A stretch of 63,996 nt of DNA, counting the filler, from Malassezia furfur (lineage: Eukaryota): assembly GCA_052055015.1 (NCBI GenBank). It is 4 parts of 4 records of this genome, joined end to end, with 100 filler letters (N's around TTAATTAATTAA, not from the genome) between each part and the next. Parts side by side here need not be neighbours in the genome. Positions count along the whole stretch, not along the records: positions 17,542 to 34,948 come from JBQJIT010000225.1; positions 35,049 to 52,378 come from JBQJIT010000226.1; 2 more parts are not named here. One strand, written 5' to 3'. Position 1 is the stretch's first letter; every line of letters begins with the position of its first letter. The notes under the pieces are model-generated. The model was not told the origin of the DNA. It saw nothing but the letters and a program-made list of their open reading frames with translations, and made no database searches. Made by a program: the position numbers and the translations under genes. Shown in pieces: positions 24,851-35,301 of the stretch.

Positions 24851-26072
24851 CGAAGGAGCATGCATCCCATGACACCTTCTTCCCATTCAGCAGACGCTGA
24901 ATGAAGGTAAAGACGGGTTGGCTGCCTGTCACCTGGGTGTTGTTGTGGTTCAACTTGTCATCCGTGTATGTCACGAATTCGACCTTGGCACCATGACGAC
25001 ACCAGTACTGAACAGTTTGCAAGGCACTGTTATACGGAACCACCTCGTCTGACTCGGCGTGGTAGACGTACAGAGGGACATGTGGCACTTCGTTCTGGGA
25101 CGTCCCTTGCATGTTCTGTCGGGCCACATCACGATAAGCCTTCGACAAGAAAAGACCACCATCGCGCTTGAAGAACTTGCTTCCAAGGACATCAACGTTT
25201 GCGTACTTGCTCACGACCTCGGTGATGGGGTTGCTGCGCACAAAGTCGAGCATGTCTTGCCCATCCGACGTGAGGAGCGATTTTGCTGTCTTTTCCAAGT
25301 CCGGATAGGCGTCGACCAGACCTGTGATGGCCGATGCTGCATACCCAGAAGCCAACGAGGAGTCGGCATGGTGCATGAGCGCCGTCACGTTGGGGATGAA
25401 CCCACCAAACGCCCAGCCAGCGACATGGATCTCGGGAGCATACGACTGTTGAAGAGCAGCGGCCCAGCTAATGGCCTGACCACCGCCCGAGTAACCGAAA
25501 CCGGCCACAGTCGTGTTCTTGTTCAGCGAGAGCTTGTCAAAGCTGAGCGTGGCGCGGATGGAGTCCAACGTTTGATAACCACCAGAACGGCCCGCAGTGA
25601 AGGCGTTGAGTGGGCCTTCACTATCAGGGACCGTTACGATGTATCCAGCTTGAAGGTACGGGACGAGCAAACTTTCATCAACAACCAAGTTGGGGCTATC
25701 CCTAGACCCAGAAACAAATCCGACACTGGGAGCAGAGTTGGCATTGTTGGAGTCTTGGGCCTCACCAACAACAACAAGCTTGTTCTTGACGGAGTTCTTT
25801 GGTACAAGAATCGTGGTAACAGAGTGTTGAGGATTCTTTGGCGAGTTCTGGCTGGTGCGGTACAGAATCTGGTATGCCACGGTCAGGTCGACGTTGGCCT
25901 TGATTCCGCTTGCATCAATCGAGCGCCAGGCAAGGATGTCACCTGCGCTAGACGATCGCCAACCATTTTTCGGTGTGTAGAAATTGTCGCTTGCTGCATT
26001 TGAAAAACCAGACACAATGATGATGGCTATGCACCATGCGACGCCGAAGCGCACATACGATAGCCTAACCAT
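18135..26072 (-). CDS. Secreted LIP-family lipase (PF03583-like) fused to a ~2,200-aa Ser/His/Gly repeat stalk; two frameshifts (~24580 and ~20597), so either a disrupted gene or assembly errors
   Basis: Signal peptide; AYQILYRT, VPDSEGP, GYSGGGQA nucleophile elbow, YHAESDEVVPY, WCRHGA. The repeat motifs STGIVPIPTG and GGWSSWIWG continue through three successive reading frames to the stop at 18135. Confidence 0.8.
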
Positions 26073-28867
26073 GTCTGGCTCAACGCAAAGCGATACTTCG
26101 CAACAGGTACCTCTATTTCTTATATTCCGGGAAGAGGTCTATAAACGGATTTACAGAGGTTAGAGAGCTCTGGCTGCATGGCACATGGATCAACGCAGCG
26201 AGCTCACCAGTCGATCACGAATGCAGCTATAATTGTACATCTAGGATTCACATTGGCTCTAGCAGACCGGTTTCCTTCATGCGGGTGAGGCAACACCGGG
26301 TCATCAAATAGAAGCGAGGGGGTTCTCGATGCTTCTCCTTGAGCATGCGAGGAGAGACATAGGCCACATTGCAATTGGATATCAAGCGCCCAGATGAGAG
26401 ATTGACTTTCACGAAAGGATTGGCCTAAGGAGCTTGTACGAGTTGAATATCTTACTTGCATGCATCTGAGTATGCCCTTTTTCTAGGATCAGACGTAAAA
26501 GCGGATTCTTCCCGAAGATTCAAGATTGTATGATTCTATCACGGACAAACGGTATTCGTCTAAGAAGAAAGGGGGAGAAATACATTGGTCCATATCAGTC
26601 AGACCGCTCCTAAAAAAAAAGGTACACCGATCCACGTGTCCTGACTAGCGAGCTCGCGGGTGGTATTGCAGCGTCAGTACAAGGAAGCATCTTATGCATA
26701 AGCCATCAACTACGCCCATATTGGCTCGAAGATGAGGTGTAACACACTCAATACTTTGCAAAAACAGCTGCCCTTGATGAATCAAACCTGTATATCACCC
26801 TTTGCCTGGCTCAGAACAACACATGATACCAAACATCAAGATAAATCTCGTCCTTTTCCAGCTTGGTATTGAACCATAACCACCTTGCCCTGCGATGAAA
26901 ACATTACCATGTTCTTGGTCACAAATATTAAGAAACAAGTATTAAGAGAGGTGTTTAATGCAGAGAGAGCATACATACTGTTATGATCAAAACCTACTTG
27001 CTAAAAAAAAATTAACATCCTTGCAGAAGGCTGTGTAAGTCCCCTGAGCAAATATTGCTAGTATACACACATCAATACTTGGTGTAATTTGCAACTCTAC
27101 AACCATCTACTTAGCTTGAGATGGATTTTTGCTGCATTCAGTAGCCAAAATTGCTTTCCTCATCCTTTCTCAAATATAGGGCTACCTTTGTTGAACTGCA
27201 CAAGATTCATAACAATGCTCATCAATAAGATTGTTCGACCTAACGGTGCGTTGAAGGTCGTTGGTCACCTACTCTTTATTGAGCACAAGAGCTTTCCACC
27301 ATAAGTCTCACACCTAAACGCCCAAGTTCTGGAGACGTGTGTACATCATAACAGATGCAGTATGAGCTCGACAAAAGCGCGATCATGGGTGTGTACATTT
27401 CGCATCATAGTAGAGTGCAGGTTGATCGCTTGTCTGATCATCAGTTGCCAACGTCTGTACGTATTTAATTTGATTTGAATGATACTCATGAGCTATGCCC
27501 ATGGAAGAGCTTAGGTACTCGGTAACAATTACACACGATGGTTCCCAGCGCCATCGGTGCGATTACAACGCTAGCCTAACGGAGGCTTGTTGTTGGCTTT
27601 CCTTTCTTAGGCTTCAATCATGCTTCTAAACCCATGGTTTATGCTCATATCTCAAGAGAGTCTTCATAGTGACAATCACATATTTATGTTGCGTAATCTC
27701 GAGACATTGCCTTAGTTACACTATAGTGAGTTAAACCTAAACATGCTCATAGACATATCCCAGTAACGTCAATCCGTAGTGAATTGTTTATTGGCCTGAT
27801 TGTCCTAAAAAAAACCTAACCCCCTCCCGATCCAGTATGACTAAATTTAGGCCATGTGGCTGTGATAGAAGACCACACCCTCCAATGTCTTTTCGACCCC
27901 TTGAATTTGACCACTAAGGTTGCGCACCGATATTGGATCCTTCGCGCAGGGTCACAATGGTCTTCACAGGAAGTCGGATTCTCTCATACGTCATTTAGCA
28001 GGACATGGTGGACCTTCTGTACACCGCTCCATGGCTTCCACATCCAATGCAATGCAATCAGCACCGCGTTTGCTTCTACGAGCTTCCCCGGCCAAGCTCG
28101 AAGAACTCTCACTTGAAATTCTCTGAGACTTCTCTTTAAACAGTGCATTTATCAGCTCTTACATGAGTGATTTCCCGAATCAATGCTCAAGGTAAAGACA
28201 CCGATACTCTCTCGAACTATCCAAAATCACGCAAAAGAGATATGATTGGTTGCCTTGGTTCCGACATGGGTTAAGGTGCTCTAATATCTTGAATGACCTT
28301 GAGTTGAATAAAGGAATAATGATGAAGCTCTTCAGTTTCATCTTAATTGCCATTCATTTGACCTATGACTGTTACGCGGTCTCAATTGGTCAATGACTTT
28401 CCAATCCACTCAGTATTGTGTCTGTCATCACATATTTGTTTCATTATTGACAATATCATGCTACTCAATTTCCATGGCTCTGGAAATACCACCAAAGACA
28501 TACATGCAATATGGTTATGGTTGGTGCAACATATATAAACTATGGAAAACAAATATATGCTTTCAGACAACCAATTTGGGGCTGCAACAGAACATATCGA
28601 AGCTTGTGAGAATAATATTAATTGGGTCAGCCGCATAGAACTAGTAGGAAATCCGTTCTGGAACGTTGTTACTGTTAACTTCCATAACACTAATGTTGAT
28701 TGATATTGACTTGTACTCCATACCAGTCACCTGGGTCGGGAGCTCAAAATCACAGAATAGTACTTTTTCTGATTATTGAATATTCTTGGCAGGTACAGAC
28801 ATCCTTTGTTTTTAGTAAAAATGGCGACTTTTTGCCAAGCTCGATCTTCATTCGTAAAATTAAAAAT

Positions 28868-29965
28868 CTATGTACGCAACGAAGCACGGACACGAGCAGC
28901 TTCGCGTTCAGTGTCCCGCTGATTGATTTCAAGTCTTCTTGATCCTGATAGCTTGGCATTAACATGGTCCCAGATAGTGAGCGGCGTGTACAGTGGAGCT
29001 TCTCCGGCACCCAAAAGACTAGGTAGCGGTTGGATTACAGCGTCCATGTTCCCGTCATGGAAAAAGGCTGCAGAGCGGCGACGTTCTATTGTACCGTTGA
29101 CAATTGGTGGTTTGACACGGTGCAATGTTGATAGCCAGTGATCATTCGTCAAACGCCCCATTACATCCCCAAGATTTACCAACAGCGCGCCTTCTTCAGG
29201 CAAAACATCATGCCACGTTCCATCCTTAGCAAGGACTTGGAGTCCCGGCACTCGATCTGCCCACAAGACCGTAAGAATGCCGTAGTCCGTATGCTCGCCC
29301 ATACCCATCTGATCTTTCATGGCAACAGCGGTGCCGGGTTGTAGCGTGTAATTATTGCAACGCAATACGTCCATAAAATGATCCGCGAGATTTGATATTG
29401 TTCCTTCTGGTAATTGCAATGCGAGCTCAAAAACACTTGTTAGTGTTCGCGCAAGTTTAGCGGCAGCGCTGAACCACTTCTCTAGATTTGGCCGAAACTG
29501 AGAAATGTTCGGATGTACACGATCTCCGTCAGGAGAGGGCCAGACATTCGGCTGATAGACATGTTCAGGTAGCTTTAGGGGAGGATAAGCATTGGAATCT
29601 GCACCGATATTGAATGCTTCAAAATAATCATTTGCTCCGTATGCCGCTTCTACCCCAAGTGATAAGCTCAAATTCTCCGAGTTAGGAGGTGAATATCCAC
29701 GGTTATAAGGGGACATAGTACGTTTCTTCACGTCAATATCCTGCATGAAAAAAGCATCCAGAGCGTCTTTCAAGCTGTCGATAGTGTCGTCGCTGATTCC
29801 ATGACCCTTGATTTGCATAAAGCCAGTCGTGCTACATGCTGCGTCAACAGCTTGTGCAACCTCCTCTTTGGAAGGCACAATGGTGGCACCCGAACTACTT
29901 CCTCCATCTCCAGTGAAGGCAGAAATATCAATTACTGGAACTGAAAACTTAACATGAGAGCACAT
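28868..29965 (-). CDS. 2-oxoglutarate/Fe(II) dioxygenase, isopenicillin-N-synthase (DIOX_N + 2OG-FeII_Oxy) family
   Basis: VPVIDIS, GFMQIKGHGI, HTD...H facial triad (GEHTDYG, STLHRV) and RRS 2OG-binding motif; intron-less. Confidence 0.92.
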   Translation of the reverse strand: MCSHVKFSVPVIDISAFTGDGGSSSGATIVPSKEEVAQAVDAACSTTGFMQIKGHGISDDTIDSLKDALDAFFMQDIDVKKRTMSPYNRGYSPPNSENLSLSLGVEAAYGANDYFEAFNIGADSNAYPPLKLPEHVYQPNVWPSPDGDRVHPNISQFRPNLEKWFSAAAKLARTLTSVFELALQLPEGTISNLADHFMDVLRCNNYTLQPGTAVAMKDQMGMGEHTDYGILTVLWADRVPGLQVLAKDGTWHDVLPEEGALLVNLGDVMGRLTNDHWLSTLHRVKPPIVNGTIERRRSAAFFHDGNMDAVIQPLPSLLGAGEAPLYTPLTIWDHVNAKLSGSRRLEINQRDTEREAARVRASLRT

Positions 29966-30200
29966 GGTGAAAGTTATAGTGAACACCAGTGTCGCTTGGG
30001 GCCGCAGGCGAGGCGATACGAATATTGGAGTGATAACGGACTGTCACGTGATCTCGAGGATACTTGCCTGGTTGATTGGGATCCATTTTTGCGTCAAATG
30101 TGTCAGTGCACCGAGATAAGGCTGTGTTTAGTCATTATTCGCGCAAACTTTAAAGAACGTTTGCGGCAATAAATGTTCTGACCTTCAATGAACTAACTCC

Positions 30201-31811
30201 ATGAAGATGGAGAAACAGTCCGAAACCATCACACGCGATGACCTACAACTACAAGAGCTTGGTCATAAACGTGAACTCGATCGTAACTTCTCGTTTCTAT
30301 CTCTGCTGGGGCTGTCTTTCACGCTCCTCAACACGTGGACTGCGTTGTCAATCTCAATTTCGGTCGCCCTTCCTAGTGGTGGACCCGTCTCGGTTCTCTG
30401 GGGTCTTGTCACTTCAACATTAGGATCGCTCTGCTTAAGCTTATCTCTTGCCGAGTTTCTTTCAGCATATCCGACAGCGGGAGGGCAATACCATTGGGTT
30501 TCGTGCATCTGTTCACCATGGTGCCGTCGTTTTGTCACTTGGGTGACTGGCTGGGTAAACACAGGCGGCTGGACTATGCTGAGCGCTTGCAGTGGACTGC
30601 TCAGCAGCGAAATGATTATTGGATTAATTGCGCTTCAAAATCCATCCTATGATCCCAAACGATGGCACCAATTCCTTATCTACCTGGTCTATTCCTTCCT
30701 GGGCTACTTTGGTAACGCTTTTGCAACACCATGGATCCCATACACGAACAAAATCGGCCTTTATTGGTCTATTATTGGTTTTATCACAACGATGATCGTG
30801 CTGTTGGCCACAGCAGCACCGGACTATGCAGACGCCTCTTGGGTGTTTGGTGAGTTTATCAACGACACTGGCTGGCCAGATGGAATTGCATGGTTGTTGG
30901 GTCTTCTACAAGGAAGTTTCGCTTTGACAGCGTTTGACTCTGTGGTACACATGATTGAAGAATTGCCACGTGCCAACGTGCAGGGACCGAATGTTATGGT
31001 GAGCGCCATTGTCGTTGGAGCCGTGACAGGTTTCGTGTTCCTCGTTGTCCTCCTCTTTGTATCTGGGGGAGCAGTCAATGCACAAAGCATTATTGAAGCC
31101 GTTGAAACACCAATGATCAAGGTCATGTACATTGCAACGAAAAACAAAGCGGGCACAATCTGTCTCACCATTTTCCCTCTTGGTTGTATTCTTTTTGGAA
31201 CCTTGAGTGGTTTTGCTGCATCAAGCCGGATGACGTATGCATTTGCACGAGATCGAGGCCTGCCGTTTTCTTCTTATTTTGCGACAATTCACCCCCGACT
31301 GATACTGCCCCTGAATGCGCTGAACTTGACGATGGCCGTTGTGATTGTATTTGACTTGATCTTCCTTGGTTCAACCACGGCCTTCAACGCAATTACTTCA
31401 GCTTCTGTGGTGGCGCTGAATTTGTCATATGGTATACCCATTCTCGTTCGCTGCTTGCAAGGCCGACCAAAATTGCCTTACGCTGTATTTCGCATACCTA
31501 CTGCCCTCGGTTGGGTCATCGATCTGTTCGGCCTTTCATACGTGATTGTCACTTCGGTGCTCTTCCTTTTCCCTCCAAGTGTACCAGCAACGGGCTCGAG
31601 TATGAATTACGCGATTGTGCCCCTGACAATACTCTTCCTGCTATGCATAATACAATGGTTTATCAAAGGACGAGATGACTTCGAAGGACCGCAAGTGCAC
31701 AGTATCGGAGTGTTACAGGACAATCCTGAAGACGAACTCAAGAAAATTGACAGCCAATTATATGGAAAAGAGGATGCCATGGTTGAAAGAGACGACTACA
31801 ATTCGAGCTAA
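30201..31811 (+). CDS. APC-superfamily amino-acid/choline/GABA permease (Uga4/Hnm1-like)
   Basis: LQELGHKRELDRNFS, SLAEFLSAYPTAGGQYHW, SRMTYAFARDRGLPFS; about 12 TM segments; intron-less. Confidence 0.92.
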   Translation: MKMEKQSETITRDDLQLQELGHKRELDRNFSFLSLLGLSFTLLNTWTALSISISVALPSGGPVSVLWGLVTSTLGSLCLSLSLAEFLSAYPTAGGQYHWVSCICSPWCRRFVTWVTGWVNTGGWTMLSACSGLLSSEMIIGLIALQNPSYDPKRWHQFLIYLVYSFLGYFGNAFATPWIPYTNKIGLYWSIIGFITTMIVLLATAAPDYADASWVFGEFINDTGWPDGIAWLLGLLQGSFALTAFDSVVHMIEELPRANVQGPNVMVSAIVVGAVTGFVFLVVLLFVSGGAVNAQSIIEAVETPMIKVMYIATKNKAGTICLTIFPLGCILFGTLSGFAASSRMTYAFARDRGLPFSSYFATIHPRLILPLNALNLTMAVVIVFDLIFLGSTTAFNAITSASVVALNLSYGIPILVRCLQGRPKLPYAVFRIPTALGWVIDLFGLSYVIVTSVLFLFPPSVPATGSSMNYAIVPLTILFLLCIIQWFIKGRDDFEGPQVHSIGVLQDNPEDELKKIDSQLYGKEDAMVERDDYNSS

Positions 31812-31883
31812 TGCTATTCTACTACGGGTTTAAAAAATAGAAATAGAATCACGGCGATCGTGATTGCAATGAAAGAATGTTTC

Positions 31884-33146
31884 TCAAGTTTGTCCATCAG
31901 GTAGTTCTGTAAGCCAGGTTGTCACCTCCGGCTGCCTTTTGAAGATCATCCTTCCTTCGTGCACGTTCAAAAGAACTGTGGAATGTCTCTGGAGTACGAC
32001 CCTGTCACTTGGAGCATCCAATATAATGAAATTTGCAGGCTTGCCAATTTCAATACCATAGATAGGCAATATTCCCAAGTTCTGAGCAGGGTTGATTGTG
32101 ACAAAGTCCAAGCAACGATCAATATACTCCGCTGTTAACATGTGAGAGACATGCAAACCCGTGTCCAAATTTCGCAGTGGATTTCCATCCCCAATTGGAT
32201 ACCAGGGGTCTTCGATCGAATCCTGACCAAACCCGACGCTCAAACCAAGCTCAGAAATAAACTTCACTGGTGCAACGCCGCGAGAAATAGGTGCATTGTA
32301 ACCACGGCCTTGAAGCTGAAGGTTTTCATTCGGGCAAATTGCGAATCCCAACTGCGCAGCACGTAGTTTACTAGAGAGTTTGGCCATGTAACCCGCATTG
32401 TAATATGCCATAGCTACTGCATGGCTTGCTGTTACCCGGCCTTGCATGCCACGCTTAATTGTCTCGGCTGCCATGACCTCAAGGTATCTTGACTGCTCGT
32501 CGTCGATTTCATCGCAATGGATATCAACTCCTGCATGATACTTTTCCGCGAGGTCAAAAACGAATTGAACAGAGGCCACTCCATCCTCTCTTGTATGCTC
32601 CAGATGAGGTATACCACCGACAATATCAGCACCCAATTGCATGGCTTTGTCCATGAGTTGCTGCCCAGATGGGAAGGCCAATATTCCATTTTGAGGAAAC
32701 GCGACAATTTGAATCTTGCAGAAGGTTTTCACAGCATCTTTAACCTTCAACATTGCTTTTAAGGCAATCATTTCTGGATCCGTCACGTCGACATGGGTAC
32801 GAAGGAACCCTACACCATGCGATACGGCAGACCGAATAGCCGCCATTGCATTTCGTTGTATTTCATCAGAATCATTGAGCCCCGCCTTCTTTCGATCTGC
32901 CTATATTTCAATAGCCTCAAACAAGGTACCTGATACATTTGCACGAGGCTTTCCAGCAGTATTGGCGAAGTCAAGATGAATATGGCCCTCCACAAAAGGG
33001 GCGCAAAGAAGCCGTCCTCCTGCATCTACAGCATCCTCAGGAATATCCTCTGTTCCAGATGGCTGAATGGATGAGAATACTCCATCTTTGACTTGTAGAT
33101 TCCAAGTTCCTTGTCGCCCTCTGATACAAGCGTTGGTGATGAACAT
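31884..33146 (-). pseudogene. codA: Bacterial-type (CodA, amidohydrolase superfamily) cytosine/5-methylcytosine deaminase with one in-frame TAG at 32901-32903
   Basis: 1263 bp in a single frame: VEGHIHLD, SGTLFEAIEI*ADRK (E. coli ...GIERWAERK), RTHVDVTD, VAFPQNG, DIHCDEIDDEQSR, VTASH, GQDSIEDPWYP. Confidence 0.88.
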
Positions 33147-33203
33147 ATGAGTTGAATGACATGATAACCATTTTATGTACAGATAAAGGACGCGGCCTCC
33201 ACC

Positions 33204-34706
33204 CTACCGCCAAATTCGCTTCTCCACAGGTCGTAATACCAGGTACAACAAAAAGCTCAGAATGAAGCCGACTTCGAATGCCAGGTCACCCGAATGTCGT
33301 GCTATCGGGCCAGTATACCAGCTCTGGTCCATACAAGGCACAAGAAGAGCAATCGGGAGTATAGCACTTGTAATACCGGCAATTCCAGGAGGAAGTAATC
33401 TCCAGTCATCCCAAATGGTGATGTCGTACGTCTTGAAATCGAAACGGCGAATCACGCAGTGATCGGCAAGAACAACACCGGCAAATAATCCGCACCAATA
33501 TGCCAAGATGCTGGCAAAGTTCGTCAGAGTATCATAAAACTTGTTTCTCCCCACAATTGATAAAGGTAAGAATATTGCTAGAGCAACGAGGCTCATAAAG
33601 AAGCGAGGTAGACGACGTAGGATCGGGAAAGATGTTTGGCATGCAATTCCAAATGAATATACACTTGGTATAATGTTTGCAACAGCAGAAAGAGCGAGCA
33701 CCACAGTGAGAAATTTACCAAAGTTGCCTGCATGCCCGGAAAGGACGACATTGAAGAGTGCGCCAGGTGAAGATTCTTGGCTTGCCTCTTTCCATGCAGG
33801 AACATCCGGACCTGCAATTCCGAACGCAGCTCCAAGCATGAAAATGGGTGTAACAGAAAGAATGAAGGCAGCATATACAGAGAAAAAAAGTTTCTTGACG
33901 CTCACGCTCCGATTCACATACAAGCTCACGTCGGAGGCAATTGTCGACCAGGACAACATGTATCCAGCAACGATACATCCGAGACCGAGAACTCCATTCG
34001 AAGTTGTTTTAGGGGAGTTTTCTGGGATATGTAGTCCATTACTCCCAGAACCTGCAAATGCAGTGAGGAGGATGAAACAAATCAGGGTTGGGAACCAGAG
34101 AATAGACTCAACGAAGTGCATTACGCGGATCCCAAAGAAGCATACGACGAAGGAAACAATAGCCAGTATGACAATTCCAACAATGGATGACATTGACTCA
34201 TTTGGGGATACTGCTTTCAGCGCTTGTCCACCAAGAATAGAATTCTCGATGCAATAAACCAGCTGTGTTGCCGCAGAAAGGATACCAAGTATACAAGCGC
34301 CGAAATAGCCAAACGAATAGCGTGAATGGAGGAGTTGCCGCAAGCCAAGACGGGTCCCAAAGGTTGTAAAATATGCTGGTACAATCGAAGTTACCAGCGA
34401 AAAACCCAGGATAGTATATATACTTGCTGGAAGGCTCACGTCGAATGATCCAGCCAGCATACCAGTAGCAAATGTTAAAACATTTGCATTAGCGCTGAAC
34501 CACAGCAAAGGAACCGAATACCAATTGCGTTGTGTTTGCTTTTCAGAAGGTACAGGCTCGATTGAAGTCCATTCTAAAAAGGAGTACCTTGCCCATCTTG
34601 CAGGATCAAAGAATCCGAGCGGACGATCTTGGCCCGGCTCAAGGAAGCTTTGCACATCGATCCCATATTCCTTCTCCTCGTCTTTCTTTTCTGCGGTTAT
34701 GTCCAT
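33204..34706 (-). CDS. Purine-cytosine permease (Fcy2/NCS1 family)
   Basis: LWFSANANV, GTRLGLRQLLHSRYSFGYFG, WSTIASD, WDDWRLLPPGIAG, CMDQSWYTGPIA; intron-less. ATG taken at 34706 (MDITAEKK). Confidence 0.92.
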   Translation of the reverse strand: MDITAEKKDEEKEYGIDVQSFLEPGQDRPLGFFDPARWARYSFLEWTSIEPVPSEKQTQRNWYSVPLLWFSANANVLTFATGMLAGSFDVSLPASIYTILGFSLVTSIVPAYFTTFGTRLGLRQLLHSRYSFGYFGACILGILSAATQLVYCIENSILGGQALKAVSPNESMSSIVGIVILAIVSFVVCFFGIRVMHFVESILWFPTLICFILLTAFAGSGSNGLHIPENSPKTTSNGVLGLGCIVAGYMLSWSTIASDVSLYVNRSVSVKKLFFSVYAAFILSVTPIFMLGAAFGIAGPDVPAWKEASQESSPGALFNVVLSGHAGNFGKFLTVVLALSAVANIIPSVYSFGIACQTSFPILRRLPRFFMSLVALAIFLPLSIVGRNKFYDTLTNFASILAYWCGLFAGVVLADHCVIRRFDFKTYDITIWDDWRLLPPGIAGITSAILPIALLVPCMDQSWYTGPIARHSGDLAFEVGFILSFLLYLVLRPVEKRIWR

Positions 34707-34948
34707 GGCAAAATGGGAAACTAGTGCTAGATTTTTCGGTACATAGATATACTGGCTCGGGTGCAAGAACCAGACGGCCTATCTTATCTTGATTACACTG
34801 TGCCTTAATTTCGCCTTTTTGCTCATTACCCCTCTTCACATGTTATCGAGGCATGATCTGTTCGCGTATTCTGTTTTCTAGCGTCTTTCTGACGGAAGCT
34901 TCACTACAGCATTTGTCTGTGTACCGATGGCGACTACCTAACTCCCCC

Positions 34949-35048
34949 NNNNNNNNNNNNNNNNNNNNNNNNNNNNNNNNNNNNNNNNNNNNTTAATTAA
35001 TTAANNNNNNNNNNNNNNNNNNNNNNNNNNNNNNNNNNNNNNNNNNNN
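34949..35048. other. Artificial contig linker
   Basis: N44-TTAATTAATTAA-N44. Confidence 0.98.
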
Positions 35049-35301
35049 CAGCGTGTACGGCGGCACGCGTGCAGACGGCGTGCGTGCCGCGCCGCCGTAC
35101 ACGCTGTGCACGTCCGCCGGCGGAACGTTGTTGCTCCCACGGAAAAAGCCAGCCATGGTGCGACAAGCCGCGCCCGGCGGCGGCGGCGACGCGGCCTGTG
35201 CGCTCGCTGACTAATCCACGTGGGGCGTCGGGTCGCGCGCGCCGGCGTGCTCCGTCCGCATGGGTCGATGCCCAGGCGTGTGCGCTGACCGTGCGATTCG
35301 C

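Noticed and set aside
28430..28510. FPWLWKYHQRH as a sterol desaturase/fatty-acid hydroxylase His-box remnant
   Set aside because: Too short, flanked by stops and with no second His box; cannot be supported without a search.
26100..28860. AT-rich zone as a centromere or intact transposon
   Set aside because: Only moderately AT-rich and within ~11 kb of a telomere repeat; no terminal repeats, transposase or RT motifs recognisable.
6169..34706. URA2 plus the deaminase/permease cluster as one pyrimidine supercluster
   Set aside because: They are separated by an artificial linker and a telomere repeat, on different contigs.
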